Positions 17,238-28,266 of a DNA stretch of 32,000 nucleotides are shown in pieces. Every line of letters starts with the position of its first letter. The first letter of the stretch is position 1. The notes below the pieces were generated by a model. The model was not told the DNA's origin, searched no databases, and saw only the letters and a program-made list of their open reading frames with translations. The position numbers and the translations under genes were made by a program. The stretch is from Buchnera aphidicola (Neophyllaphis podocarpi) (GTDB lineage Bacteria; Pseudomonadota; Gammaproteobacteria; Enterobacterales; Enterobacteriaceae), in the NCBI RefSeq assembly GCF_964059055.1, contig NZ_OZ060386.1:330001-362000 (forward strand), given 5' to 3'.

Positions 17238-20108
17238 TTATAGTTTATTTATTAAATTAATTCTAGAGATAATTTTTAATTTATTTTTTCTTAAAGATGT
17301 AATTCTTGATTTAGAATCAAAATATAATTTTTTAGGAGCTTTAATTATAAAATTGTTATTTAATAATCTAGATTGTAAAATATCTATTTCTTTATCTATT
17401 AAATTTAACTTTTTATTTAAACTATTTAATTCCCTTTTTTTATCTAATAATCCTTTTAAAGGTATTAATAATTCCATTTCATTTATAAAAGTAGATATAG
17501 AATAATCTATAATTTTGTTACTGCTATCTGATATAAATTTAATTTTATTTAAAAATAATATTTTAATAAGGAAATAACTAATTTTATTTATCTGATAAAC
17601 TTCTTTTTTATTTAAATTATTAAAAACTAATATTAGTGGTTGTGATTTACTAATATTCATATTACAACGAGTATCTCTTACAAAAATTATAATTTTTTTT
17701 AATAAAGATACATATTTAACAGATGAACCTGATAACTTATTTTTATCAAAATTAGGAAAATTTTCTAACATAATAGATTCAGAATTAGGAGATTTTAACA
17801 ATTTAATACGTTGCCATATAGTTTCAGTTATAAAAGGTATAATAGGATGAGATAGTTTCAGAATAGAATCTAAACATTCTAATAATGTATATAAAGTACT
17901 ATTTATTTTTTTTTGAATATTTAATTTAATGTTTATTTTAGCTAATTCTAAATACCAGTCACAAAATTCACTCCAAATAAAATTATATAAAATTCTTGTA
18001 GCTATATCAAATCTATACTCATCTAAAGCATTTCTATATAACTTAATAGTTAAATTCAATTTAATAAATATCCATTTATCTATAAATGATAATTTAATAT
18101 TTTTAATAATATTATTATATTTAAATTTATCTATATTAGTTATAACAAATCTACTAGCATTCCATAACTTATTACAAAAATTTTTATAACCTATCAATCG
18201 ATTCATATCCCAATTAATATCACGACCAGTTGAAGCTAAAGCAGCAAAAGTAAATCTCAAAGCATCAGTACCTGTACCTTCTATACCTTTAGAAAAAAAA
18301 TTTTTAGTATAATTCTTAACTTTTTTAATTGTATTTGAATCATTTAAATGATTAGTTCTTTTAAAAATTAGTTCATCTAAAGTAATTCCATCTATAATAT
18401 CTAACGGATCAATTATATTACCTTTTGATTTAGACATTTTATTACCTTCTTCATCACGAATTAATCCAGTAATGTATATTTCTTTAAAAGGAATTTGAGG
18501 AACGTTATTAGAATCTTTAATAAAATACATAGTTAACATAATCATTCTAAAAATCCAAAAGAAAATAATATCAAAAGCACATACTAAAACATTTGTAGGA
18601 TGAAATGTTTTTAAATCACTATTACAATTAGGCCAACCTAATGAAGCAAAAGTCCATAAACTAGAAGAAAACCAAGTATCTAAAACATCACAATCTTGTT
18701 TTAATTTTATATTAGAAGATAAATTATTTTTAATTCTAACATCTAGTTCATTATTTCCAACATAAATATTTCCATCTCTATCATACCATGCAGGTATTCT
18801 ATGGCCCCACCATAACTGTCTAGAAATACACCAATCTTTGATGTCTTTCATCCAAGAAAAAAACATACCTTCATATTTTTTAGGTATAAATTTAATCTTT
18901 TTATTTTTTACAGCATCAACAGCTGTCTTAGATAATAAATCTACTTTTAAATACCATTGATCTGTTAACATAGGTTGGATAATAGAATTACTACGATCTC
19001 CATAAGGAGTAGATACTTCATAAAAATTAAATTTATCCAATAAATTTAATTTTTCTAGTTCTTTTATAATATATTTTTTAGCATCAGATATAGACAAATT
19101 ATGAAGTTTTAAAGGAACAAAAGTATCATAAATATTTGATTTATACCCTTGATAATCATATATCTCTAATATATTTTTAATATTTCCATCAAAAGTAAAT
19201 ATGTTTATCATAGGTAACTTATGTCTAATAGCTAATTGATAGTCATTAAAATCATGAGCAGGAGTAATTTTAACACAACCAGTTCCTTTATTTATATCAA
19301 CATATTTGTCACTAACTATAGGAATATATCTATTAATTATTGGAACAGATACAGTTCTACCTATTAAATTTTTATATCTATCATCATTAGGATTTACAGC
19401 TATAGCTGTATCCCCTAATAAAGTTTCAGGACGAGTTGTAGCAACTATTATGTAATCATTATTCACAGTACTACTAGTATTAAATTTTAATTTATCTTTT
19501 AATAAAGGATAACGTATATACCAAATGTATCCTTTTTTAGAAATATGATTAACTTCTATATCAGATATTACTGTTCTTAATTTAAAATCCCAATTAACTA
19601 GTCCTTTTCTACGAATAATTAATTTATTATTATATAACTCAATAAATGCAGTTTTAACTGCTTGAGAAATACCTTCATCTAAAGTAAATCTTTCTCTATC
19701 CCAATCAACAGAATTACCCAATCTTCTCATTTGAGAATTAATATTATTTTTAAACTTTTTTGTCCACAACCAAACTTTTCTTAAAAAATCAGATCTATTA
19801 TACTCAGTTCTTAATTTTTTTTCTTCATCATAAATTTTACGTTCTACAAGAATCTGAGTTGCAATACCAGCATGATCTGTTCCAACTTGCCATAAAGTAT
19901 TTTTACCTTTCATCCTATTATATCTGATTAAAATATCTATAATTGTATGCTGAAATGCATGACCCATGTGTAAATTACCAGTAATATTAGGAGGAGGTAT
20001 AACTATACAAAAACTTTCATTTTTATTGTTTGGTTTAAAAAAACCTTTTTTTTCCCAAAACTTATATAATTTTTCTTCAAATTTTGAAGGAATATACACT
20101 TTTTCCAT
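17238..20108 (-). CDS. valS: Valyl-tRNA synthetase
   Basis: 956-aa ORF with a HIGH-type motif (PPPNITGNLHMGHAF), KMSKS (GNKMSKSKGN) and a C-terminal coiled-coil region. This is the class I ValRS architecture. Confidence 0.97.
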   Translation of the reverse strand: MEKVYIPSKFEEKLYKFWEKKGFFKPNNKNESFCIVIPPPNITGNLHMGHAFQHTIIDILIRYNRMKGKNTLWQVGTDHAGIATQILVERKIYDEEKKLRTEYNRSDFLRKVWLWTKKFKNNINSQMRRLGNSVDWDRERFTLDEGISQAVKTAFIELYNNKLIIRRKGLVNWDFKLRTVISDIEVNHISKKGYIWYIRYPLLKDKLKFNTSSTVNNDYIIVATTRPETLLGDTAIAVNPNDDRYKNLIGRTVSVPIINRYIPIVSDKYVDINKGTGCVKITPAHDFNDYQLAIRHKLPMINIFTFDGNIKNILEIYDYQGYKSNIYDTFVPLKLHNLSISDAKKYIIKELEKLNLLDKFNFYEVSTPYGDRSNSIIQPMLTDQWYLKVDLLSKTAVDAVKNKKIKFIPKKYEGMFFSWMKDIKDWCISRQLWWGHRIPAWYDRDGNIYVGNNELDVRIKNNLSSNIKLKQDCDVLDTWFSSSLWTFASLGWPNCNSDLKTFHPTNVLVCAFDIIFFWIFRMIMLTMYFIKDSNNVPQIPFKEIYITGLIRDEEGNKMSKSKGNIIDPLDIIDGITLDELIFKRTNHLNDSNTIKKVKNYTKNFFSKGIEGTGTDALRFTFAALASTGRDINWDMNRLIGYKNFCNKLWNASRFVITNIDKFKYNNIIKNIKLSFIDKWIFIKLNLTIKLYRNALDEYRFDIATRILYNFIWSEFCDWYLELAKINIKLNIQKKINSTLYTLLECLDSILKLSHPIIPFITETIWQRIKLLKSPNSESIMLENFPNFDKNKLSGSSVKYVSLLKKIIIFVRDTRCNMNISKSQPLILVFNNLNKKEVYQINKISYFLIKILFLNKIKFISDSSNKIIDYSISTFINEMELLIPLKGLLDKKRELNSLNKKLNLIDKEIDILQSRLLNNNFIIKAPKKLYFDSKSRITSLRKNKLKIISRINLINKL

Positions 20109-20206
20109 AAAAATATCTTTTTAAAGTAAAATATGAAAATTATTTAATATCATATTTGTAATGTTTATAAAAATAATTAAAATTTATTAATTAATATTAA
20201 AATAAA

Positions 20207-21715
20207 TTAATTTTTGATAATATTAGATAAATTAAGTAAAAATTGAGCAATTAAGAATAAAGGTCTGCCAGTAGATCCTTTATTAACTCCTGAATTATAT
20301 GCAGTTCCAGCAATATCAAAGTGAGCCCATTTATAATTACCTATAAAATGAGACAAAAAACAAGCAGCAGTGATTGCACCTGCAGATTTATTTCCTATAT
20401 TAGATATATCAGCAAAGTTAGATTTTAATTGTTCTGAATATTTTTTAAATAAAGGAAGATTCCATGCTGTATCGCCTGTTTGATTAGAAGCGCGCAAAAG
20501 ATCTGATGATAAGGAGTCATCATTAGAAAATAAACCATGAATATCTTTTCCTAAAGCAACAACACAAGCACCTGTAAGAGTTGCTATATCTATTACTATG
20601 TAAGGATCAAATCTATTTATATAAGTTAATACATCACACAATACTAAACGACCTTCAGCATCAGTATCTAAAACTTCTACAGTTTTTCCAGACATTGTTC
20701 TAACTATATCTCCTGGTCTAAATGAATTATTACCAGGCATATTTTCACAACCAGCTAATACCCCTATAACATGTAAAGGTAATTTTAATTCTGCAAGAAA
20801 AACCATAATTCCATAAACTACAGCAGCTCCACACATATCATATTTCATTTCATCCATATTAAAAGAAGGTTTTAAAGATATTCCCCCAGAATCAAAAGTT
20901 AAACCTTTACCTATTAAAACAATTTTTTTATCATATAAATTATCAACTATTGTATTTTTAAATTCTATTAAAGACATATATGATTTATTATAAGAACCTC
21001 CTCCTACAGCTAAATATGCAGACATACCCAATTCTTTCATTTTATTTTCGTCGATTATTTTAACTTTAATAAAATTATTATATTTATTTAATAAATCTAA
21101 AGAAACTTCAGATAAGTACAAAGGATTACATACATTAGGGGGCATATTACCTAGATCTTTGGCTTTATTTAAACCAATAGAAATAGATAAAGAAATCTTT
21201 AATGCATTTTTTACAATATTAATATCTTTACTATTATTAACATTTAAAATTATTTTATTTAGTAAAATACTATCATTTGACTTTTTAAAAAATAAAAAAT
21301 TATAAATTTTGTCTTCGACAGACTCTATTAAAAATCTGGTTTTCCAATATATATCTAGATTTTTAATATGTAAATCTAAAAATAAATAAATAACTTCTTG
21401 AACATTTATGTCATTTAATATAGAAATAGATTTATATATTAACTTCTTATACTTAACTAAATCAAATTTTTTTTGTATTCCACAGCCCATAATCAAAAAC
21501 TGGTTATTATGAGAATTATTTGAACTATTTATAAAAGTATATTTACCAAAATTAGTGTTAAGTTTACTATTTTTGACTAAATATCTCAAATATTTATTAA
21601 TATAAATATTTGAATATGTAATTGTGTTTGTCTTATTAAAACAATCAAAAACTCCCAAAACAAAGAATTTATTATTTAAATTTTTAATTTTTATTTTACA
21701 AATATCATATTTCAT
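20207..21715 (-). CDS. pepA: Leucyl (cytosol) aminopeptidase A, M17 family
   Basis: 502-aa ORF with M17 catalytic motifs (GKGLTFDSGGISLKP, DMCGAA, VLDTDAEGRLVLCD, ATLTGA). Confidence 0.95.
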   Translation of the reverse strand: MKYDICKIKIKNLNNKFFVLGVFDCFNKTNTITYSNIYINKYLRYLVKNSKLNTNFGKYTFINSSNNSHNNQFLIMGCGIQKKFDLVKYKKLIYKSISILNDINVQEVIYLFLDLHIKNLDIYWKTRFLIESVEDKIYNFLFFKKSNDSILLNKIILNVNNSKDINIVKNALKISLSISIGLNKAKDLGNMPPNVCNPLYLSEVSLDLLNKYNNFIKVKIIDENKMKELGMSAYLAVGGGSYNKSYMSLIEFKNTIVDNLYDKKIVLIGKGLTFDSGGISLKPSFNMDEMKYDMCGAAVVYGIMVFLAELKLPLHVIGVLAGCENMPGNNSFRPGDIVRTMSGKTVEVLDTDAEGRLVLCDVLTYINRFDPYIVIDIATLTGACVVALGKDIHGLFSNDDSLSSDLLRASNQTGDTAWNLPLFKKYSEQLKSNFADISNIGNKSAGAITAACFLSHFIGNYKWAHFDIAGTAYNSGVNKGSTGRPLFLIAQFLLNLSNIIKN

Positions 21716-21964
21716 TTTTTTTGTCTTATTAAATTATTTAATTAAATTTATCAAAATTTTAACATAAAATAAAAATTTTAATCGATTATATAATTAAATA
21801 AAAATATTTTTATATTAAATAGTTAAAATTGAAAATAAATATATTAAACAAAAGATTTAATAAACATCAAAAGTACCAATATGTTTATATAATTAACTAT
21901 TTTATATTAAAAAATATAATTATAATATAACCATATTATTTAATTTATTTAGGAAAATAAGTAT

Positions 21965-22960
21965 ATGAATAATAACTTTTATAAAAAAAATTTTTTAAAC
22001 TTTTCTTTATTTAACAAAGAAGATATAGAATTTCTAATAAAATTTTCATCTCATTTAAAAAAAACAAGAAAAGAAAAAAAAGAAAAAAAATACCTGAAGA
22101 ACAAAAATATAATTCTTATTTTTGAAAAAGAATCTACTAGAACTAGATGTGCTTTTGAAGTAGCCGCATTTGAACAAGGAGCTAATACTACGTATATAGG
22201 ACCAAAAGATAGTCATATTGGGTATAAAGAATCGTTTAAAGATACAGCTAAATTTCTTAGTAAAATATATCACGCTATACAATACAGAGGTCATGAGCAT
22301 GAAAAAATAGAAGAATTAGCTAAATATTCAGATATAACTGTATGGAATGGACTAACTAACAAATTTCATCCAACACAAATTATTGCTGATTTATTAACTA
22401 TGAAAGAAAATTTACCAGAAAAAAAAATAGAAAACATTTCTTGTGCTTATATAGGAGATATAAATAATAATATATGTAATTCTATACTAGAAATATCTAA
22501 AATAACAGGAATGAAAATAAACTTAATTTCTCCTAAAAAATATTGGTTTCAATATAAAAGAAAAAAAAATAATAATGTATTTTTAACCGAAAATATTGCA
22601 AAAGGAGTAAAAGATGTAGATTTTATATATACAGATATATGGTTATCTATGGGAGAAACAGAAACATCCTGGGAAGAAAAAATAAAATTTTTAAAGAACT
22701 ATCAAGTAAATAAAAATGTTTTAAAATTAAGTCAAAATAAAGAAATTAAATTTTTACATTGTTTACCTTCTTTACATGATAAAAATACTATAATAGGGAA
22801 AAAGATTTTAAATGAATATAAATTTCTAAACAATGGAGTAGAAGTAACAAATGAAGTTTTTGAATCAAAAAATAGTTTAGTATTTGAACAAGCAGAAAAT
22901 AGATTACATACTATAAAAGCTATCATGATATTAACATTAATAAAAAATGTACAATTTTAA
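21965..22960 (+). CDS. argI: Ornithine carbamoyltransferase
   Basis: 331-aa ORF with SD AGGAAA upstream. Motifs are FEKESTRTRCAFE (carbamoyl-phosphate site), HPTQ and HCLP. Confidence 0.93.
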   Translation: MNNNFYKKNFLNFSLFNKEDIEFLIKFSSHLKKTRKEKKEKKYLKNKNIILIFEKESTRTRCAFEVAAFEQGANTTYIGPKDSHIGYKESFKDTAKFLSKIYHAIQYRGHEHEKIEELAKYSDITVWNGLTNKFHPTQIIADLLTMKENLPEKKIENISCAYIGDINNNICNSILEISKITGMKINLISPKKYWFQYKRKKNNNVFLTENIAKGVKDVDFIYTDIWLSMGETETSWEEKIKFLKNYQVNKNVLKLSQNKEIKFLHCLPSLHDKNTIIGKKILNEYKFLNNGVEVTNEVFESKNSLVFEQAENRLHTIKAIMILTLIKNVQF

Positions 22961-23017
22961 TAAAATTATTATTTTGAATATAAAAATAAATTAAAAAATA
23001 AAAGGTTTATATAAAAA

Positions 23018-23413
23018 ATGATTAAGAAAAAAATACAGACTAAAAATGCTCCTGAAGCTATAGGGCCATATGTACAAGGAATAAGTTTAGGAAAAAATAT
23101 AGTAATCACTTCAGGACAAATTCCTATAGATCCTATATCAAAAAATATTCCTAAGGGAATTGAAAAACAAACAGAAATAGTATTATTAAATATTAAAGAA
23201 ATAATTCAAAAATCTGGTTTATTAGTAAATAACATAGTAAAAACAACAATTTTTACTACTAATTTAAATAAAATTAATATTATAAATAATATTTATGAAA
23301 ATTTTTTTATAAAAAATAAGGTTATTATTTTTCCAGTTAGATCTTGTGTAGAAGTTTCTAGATTACCTAAAAATGTATTAATAGAAATTGAAGCTATGGC
23401 TTTTAAAGAATAA
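23018..23413 (+). CDS. ridA: RidA/YjgF-family enamine/imine deaminase
   Basis: 131-aa ORF. APEAIGPYVQGISLGKNIVITSGQIPIDP aligns with E. coli RidA APAAIGPYVQGVDLGNMIITSGQIPV. The C-terminal EIEAMA is typical of the family. Confidence 0.9.
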   Translation: MIKKKIQTKNAPEAIGPYVQGISLGKNIVITSGQIPIDPISKNIPKGIEKQTEIVLLNIKEIIQKSGLLVNNIVKTTIFTTNLNKINIINNIYENFFIKNKVIIFPVRSCVEVSRLPKNVLIEIEAMAFKE

Positions 23414-23451
23414 TTAACTAATTTAATATTTAACAAAATTTTGTAAGTTAA

Positions 23452-23473
23452 TATGCCACACTTTTGTGGCATA
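23452..23473. terminator. Hairpin between convergent ridA and deaD (candidate bidirectional terminator)
   Basis: tatgccaca (23452-23460) and tgtggcata (23465-23473) are exact reverse complements with loop cttt. The stem is locally G+C-rich in an AT-rich spacer. Confidence 0.55.
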
Positions 23474-23499
23474 AATTATAAAAGTCCACAAATAAAAAA

Positions 23500-25326
23500 T
23501 TATAAGTCACGAAGACGTAATTGCGCAACATAAGATAATTCATTTTTCTTTTTTACATTTTTGATATTTTGTTTTTTATCATTTGATTTTCGTGAATGAT
23601 AAAAATTATAATAATTGTTATTTTTATTATTTTTAATTTCTCTTTGTTGTTTATTGCAAATTAACTTAATATTAATAAATTTATTTAAAATACGAGTTTT
23701 AGATAATTTTAGTAAAAAATTCTTTGAAATTCCTTTAGATAACTCAATATTTGAATAATTGGAAAATAATTTTATATTTCCAATGTTTCTACTATTTATA
23801 TTACCTTCATTAGAAATAGCTCCAACTATATGACGTACTTCTACTCCATCATTACGACCAACATCAATACGATATAAATCAGTATTTGATGAATCTTTAC
23901 TACGATCTTTTCTAAATCTATAATTTTTATTAGAATTATTTTTATTATGATAACTATTATTGTTTTTAAATTTATTAAAAGAAATTTTATTTGGTTTTAA
24001 AATAGTATCTGGGGGTAAAATTAATGGTCTATCTCGTTGCGCCATTTTTAATAATGCTGCTGCTAAATTTTCAATGCTTAAATCATGTTGTATAGGTTTA
24101 ATTTTAGTTAATAAATTACAATATTTATCTAAATCTTTACTTTCTAATTCTTTTTTAACCATTTCGGAAAACTTAGATAAACGTTTTTCGCTTAATAATT
24201 TAGAGTTTGGTAAATAAATTTCAGTAATCCGCAATTTAATATTACGTTCTATATTTTTAAGTAATCTGTATTCACGTGGCTCTACAAATAATATAGCTCT
24301 TCCTGTTCTTCCTGCTCTACCTGTTCTACCTATACGATGCACATAAGACTCAGCATCCATAGGGATATCATAATTTATAACTAAACTAATACGATCCACA
24401 TCCAAGCCTCTAGCTGCAACATCAGTTGCAATTAATATATCCAATCTGCCATCTTTTAATCTCTCTAAAGTCTGTTCTCTTAAAGATTGATTCATATCAC
24501 CATTTAATGCAGAACTATTATAACCACTTTTTTCTAAAGCTTCAGAAACTTCTAGAGTCGCACTTTTAGTTCGTACGAATATTATAGTTGCAGAAAAGTC
24601 TTCTGATTCTAAAAATCTAACTAAAGCATTAGTTTTTTTTCCATATACCATCCAATAACTTTGTTTAATATTAGGGCGATTAGAAACATTTGAATTTATT
24701 CTAACTTCTTTAGGTTTATTCATAAATCTTCTAGATATATTTCTAATTACATCAGGCATAGTAGCAGAAAATAATGCTGTTTGATGTTTAGATGGAATTT
24801 GTTTCATAATATTTTCAACATCTTCAATAAATCCCATTCTTAACATCTCATCTGCTTCGTCTAAAACTAAACCATGTATTTTGCCAAGTTTTAATGTACC
24901 TCTTTTTAAATGATCTAATAATCTTCCAGGCGTACCTACAACTATTTGAGGTCCTTGACGTAAAATTTTTAATTGTAGTTCATATCTCTGTCCACCATAC
25001 AAAGCTAAAACATTAATTCCATATAAATATTTTGAAAACAAAACAAAAGATTCTGCTACCTGAACGGCTAATTCTCTAGTAGGAGTCAAAACTAATATCT
25101 GAGGAGCTTTTAATGAAATGTTAACATTATTCAATAACGGTAAAGCAAATGCAGCTGTTTTGCCACTACCAGTTTGCGCCATACCTAAAACATCTTTTCC
25201 AGATAATAGATATGGAATACATTCTGATTGAATAGGAGAAGGTTTTAAATAATCTAAATCATCAAGAGACCTAGTAATATTAGGTTTTAAACCAAGATCA
25301 GAAAATTTAATTTGATTATTAATCAT
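23500..25326 (-). CDS. deaD: DEAD-box ATP-dependent RNA helicase DeaD/CsdA
   Basis: 608-aa ORF with motifs [29 protein letters not shown] and [21 protein letters not shown] (complement of 25339-25344) precedes the ATG. Confidence 0.96.
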   Translation of the reverse strand: MINNQIKFSDLGLKPNITRSLDDLDYLKPSPIQSECIPYLLSGKDVLGMAQTGSGKTAAFALPLLNNVNISLKAPQILVLTPTRELAVQVAESFVLFSKYLYGINVLALYGGQRYELQLKILRQGPQIVVGTPGRLLDHLKRGTLKLGKIHGLVLDEADEMLRMGFIEDVENIMKQIPSKHQTALFSATMPDVIRNISRRFMNKPKEVRINSNVSNRPNIKQSYWMVYGKKTNALVRFLESEDFSATIIFVRTKSATLEVSEALEKSGYNSSALNGDMNQSLREQTLERLKDGRLDILIATDVAARGLDVDRISLVINYDIPMDAESYVHRIGRTGRAGRTGRAILFVEPREYRLLKNIERNIKLRITEIYLPNSKLLSEKRLSKFSEMVKKELESKDLDKYCNLLTKIKPIQHDLSIENLAAALLKMAQRDRPLILPPDTILKPNKISFNKFKNNNSYHNKNNSNKNYRFRKDRSKDSSNTDLYRIDVGRNDGVEVRHIVGAISNEGNINSRNIGNIKLFSNYSNIELSKGISKNFLLKLSKTRILNKFINIKLICNKQQREIKNNKNNNYYNFYHSRKSNDKKQNIKNVKKKNELSYVAQLRLRDL

Positions 25327-25622
25327 GAAATAATTATACCTCTTAAGTTACGGGCATCCAGTTTTTACATAACTTAATATTATAAAAAATATTTTATATT
25401 TTTAATAAAAATTATTATTAACTGGATTATAAATATATAATGAGAAGTTATGTTAATATTTAGTTTACAATTAGAATATAAGAAATTTAAAAATGAAATA
25501 AATTGTAAAAAATTTATCTCATATTGATTTTATTTTTTAAAATGTTTATTAAAAATAATATTTATTATACATTTTTTTTGAAAAAAAGACAAAAATATCT
25601 ATTATTATTAATAATAATAAAA

Positions 25623-27707
25623 TTATTTTGTAATTTCCTTCATGCTCAAACGAAGTCTTCCTTGACGATCTATTTCTAAAACTTTTACTTTAATTTCTTG
25701 ATCTATATTTAAATAATCTGTCACTTTATTAACATGTTTATCGGCAATCTGTGAAATGTGAACCAAACCTTCTTTAGATATTCCAATAGAAACAAAAGCA
25801 CCAAAATCAACAATCCTAGTAACTTTACCTTCATAAATTTTACCAACTTCTATATCTGTTGTTATTTCTTTAATACGTAAAATGGCATTTTGAGCTTTTT
25901 CTTCAATATTAGATGAAATTTTTATCATTCCATTATCTTCAATCTCAATTATAGTACCAGTTTCCTCTGTTAGCATCCTTATTACGGAACCTCCTTTACC
26001 TATTATGTCTTTAATTTTTTCAGGACTAATCTGAATAGTATAAATTCTAGGAGCAAATTTTGATAAATTAAGACGAGGAATACTTAAGGCTTTATCCATA
26101 ACATCTAGAATATGCAATCTTGCTCCTTTTGCTTGATTTAAAGAAGTTTTAATAATTCTTTCATCTACAAATTCTGTTTTTATATCCATCTGGAGAGCAG
26201 TGATTCCTGATCTATTTCCTGCAACTTTTAAATCCATATCTCCTATGTTATCTTCATAACCTAAAATATCTGATAAAATCACATAATTATCACCTTCTTT
26301 AATTAAACCCATAGCTATACCTGCTACAGAAGATTTTATAGGCACTCCAGCGTCCATTAAAGCTAAAGAGGCACCACATACTGAAGCCATAGAAGATGAT
26401 CCATTAGATTCAGTAATTTCTGAAACTATACGTACTGTGTAAGGAAAGTCTTTAATATTAGGCATAACAGCTAAAATACTCTTTTTGGCTAAACGACCAT
26501 GTCCTATTTCTCTTCTTTTAGGAGATCCTACTAATCCTATTTCTCCTGTAGAGTAAGGAGGAAAATTATAATGAAATAGAAAATTATCTACTCTATCACC
26601 TAATATTTCATCGATATTTTGAGCATCTCTGGATGTACCTAAAGTTACAGATACTAAAGATTGAGTATCACCTCTTGTAAATAAAGAAGAACCATGAGTA
26701 CGTGGTAAAACTCCTGTTCTAATATCTAAAGCTCTTATCATATCTTTATCTCTACCATCTATTCGTAAATTATTATTTAATAATTTCATACGTACAATAT
26801 TTTTTTGAATTAATTTAAATATTTCTTCAATATCTTCATTTATAAAATTTTTATTATTCTGTGTTAAGAACAAAAAAATATTTTTTTTAATTGAATCTAA
26901 AATATTAAATCTATTATTTATATTAATAACATCATAAGCTTTATTGATTTCAATTTCAGATATAGATTTTATAGTATTAAACAAATCAATATCATAAGAA
27001 ATAGGTGACCATAAAAAAGATTTTCTTTCATAATTTTCTACTAAATCATTTATATTATTAATAACTATTTGTTGGTTTTTATGACCAAATAAGATGGCTT
27101 GCATTATTTTTTCTTCAGTTAATATATTAGCTTCAGCCTCTACCATTAATATACTATCTGATTTACTTGAAATAACTAAATCTAAATCACTATTTTTCAT
27201 TTCATCAATAGTAGGATTTAAAATATAGTTATTATTAATATAACCTATTCTAGCAGCACCAATAGGGCCATTAAAAGGAATACCAGATAAAGATAAAGCA
27301 GCAGAAGCACCAATAATAGCAATTATATCTGGATTTATTTGAGGATTAACAGACACTACAGTTGCTATTATTTGAACTTCATGAGTAAATCCAAAAGAAA
27401 ATAGAGGTCTTATAGGACGATCAATTAAACGAGATACTAAAATTTCATTTTCATTAGGTCTCCCTTCTCTTCTAAAAAAACCACCAGGTATGCGACCTGC
27501 TGCATAAGTTCTTTCTTGATAATTTACAGTAAGAGGGAAAAATTTTTTTTCAGTATTAGGTATTTTATCACAAACAACAGTTACAAATACAGAAGTATCA
27601 CCCATGCTAGCCATAACAGCAGATGTAGCTTGACGACCCATAATACCTGTTTCTAAAGTAACAATATGATTTCCATATTTAAATTTATGAAAAATAGGTT
27701 TAAACAA
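25623..27707 (-). CDS. pnp: Polynucleotide phosphorylase
   Basis: 694-aa ORF colinear with E. coli PNPase from the first residue (M..PI..KF.YG.H.VTLETG). KH and S1 domains lie at the C-terminus. The start codon is TTG (complement of 27705-27707), as in E. coli pnp. SD AAGGA is the complement of 27716-27720. Confidence 0.97.
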   Translation of the reverse strand: MFKPIFHKFKYGNHIVTLETGIMGRQATSAVMASMGDTSVFVTVVCDKIPNTEKKFFPLTVNYQERTYAAGRIPGGFFRREGRPNENEILVSRLIDRPIRPLFSFGFTHEVQIIATVVSVNPQINPDIIAIIGASAALSLSGIPFNGPIGAARIGYINNNYILNPTIDEMKNSDLDLVISSKSDSILMVEAEANILTEEKIMQAILFGHKNQQIVINNINDLVENYERKSFLWSPISYDIDLFNTIKSISEIEINKAYDVININNRFNILDSIKKNIFLFLTQNNKNFINEDIEEIFKLIQKNIVRMKLLNNNLRIDGRDKDMIRALDIRTGVLPRTHGSSLFTRGDTQSLVSVTLGTSRDAQNIDEILGDRVDNFLFHYNFPPYSTGEIGLVGSPKRREIGHGRLAKKSILAVMPNIKDFPYTVRIVSEITESNGSSSMASVCGASLALMDAGVPIKSSVAGIAMGLIKEGDNYVILSDILGYEDNIGDMDLKVAGNRSGITALQMDIKTEFVDERIIKTSLNQAKGARLHILDVMDKALSIPRLNLSKFAPRIYTIQISPEKIKDIIGKGGSVIRMLTEETGTIIEIEDNGMIKISSNIEEKAQNAILRIKEITTDIEVGKIYEGKVTRIVDFGAFVSIGISKEGLVHISQIADKHVNKVTDYLNIDQEIKVKVLEIDRQGRLRLSMKEITK

Positions 27708-27819
27708 AATAAAAATCCTTAATATAGAGATATATAAATATCATATGAAATAAAAAATAAAAAATTAATTATAAAATTTTTAAATAAAAAACAAAAATTT
27801 ACAATCAAATATTCAATAT

Positions 27820-27863
27820 AAGCTAGTCAAAAAGGGCAATTAATTGCCCTTTTTGACTAGCTT
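27820..27863 (-). promoter_or_regulatory. rpsO-pnp intercistronic hairpin: 44-nt perfect palindrome (attenuating terminator and/or RNase III-type processing stem of the pnp leader)
   Basis: 27820-27841 (aagctagtcaaaaagggcaatt) is the exact reverse complement of 27842-27863. There are 8 G:C pairs in a spacer that is otherwise almost G/C-free. It lies 41 nt downstream of the rpsO stop and about 110 nt upstream of the pnp TTG. Confidence 0.75.
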
Positions 27864-27903
27864 CAAAATATAAAACATCAAAAATTAATTTCTTGAAAAT
27901 ATA

Positions 27904-28173
27904 TTAACGGCGTAATTTTAAGTCTTCAATTAAAATATTATAACGTGATATATTTTTATATTTTAAATAATTTAATAATTTTCTTCTTTTAGACACCATG
28001 TTCAACAAGCCTCTTTTGCTACAAAAATCTTTTGTATGTTTAGAGAAATGATGTTGTAAATAATTAATTTGTTCTGTAATTAATGCAATTTGAACTTCTG
28101 TTATACCACTATTATTTTTATTTTTTCCATACTTAAAAACTATTTTTTTCTTTAAATTTTTATCTAAAGACAT
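27904..28173 (-). CDS. rpsO: 30S ribosomal protein S15
   Basis: From ATG (complement of 28171-28173) the ORF gives an 89-aa protein, MSLDKNLKKKIVFKYGKNKNNSGITEVQIALIT.QIN.LQ.HF..H.KD..S.RGLL.MVS.RRKLL.YLK. This matches the length and sequence of E. coli S15, and SD GAGG lies just upstream. The 16 extra N-terminal codons in the ORF track are rejected. Confidence 0.95.
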   Translation of the reverse strand: MSLDKNLKKKIVFKYGKNKNNSGITEVQIALITEQINYLQHHFSKHTKDFCSKRGLLNMVSKRRKLLNYLKYKNISRYNILIEDLKLRR

Positions 28174-28266
28174 GTAAACCTCATATACATTTATGTAAAA
28201 TGATAATAAATAATTTAACACAAATATAAAAAAATTATATTTTTGATTAATTTTAAAATAAATAAT

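Noticed and set aside
17929-18189. 86-aa plus-strand ORF
   Set aside because: It is antisense to the valS anticodon-binding region and is a shadow ORF.
22055-22926. Two minus-strand ORFs (22055-22300 and 22732-22926)
   Set aside because: They are antisense to argI. The F-rich product derives from the lysine-rich sense codons.
23960-24217. 85-aa plus-strand ORF
   Set aside because: It is antisense to the deaD C-terminal region and is a shadow ORF.
25560-25622. AT-only palindromes after the pnp stop (attattattaataataat; T8-g-A7) as a pnp terminator
   Set aside because: The stems are purely A:T and short. They are indistinguishable from low-complexity background.
28174-28221. 16 extra N-terminal codons on rpsO in the ORF track (MLNYLLSFYINVYEVY)
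   Set aside because: The internal ATG at 28173 gives an 89-aa protein that matches E. coli S15 residue for residue from MSL.... It has a GAGG SD just upstream. The extension has neither.
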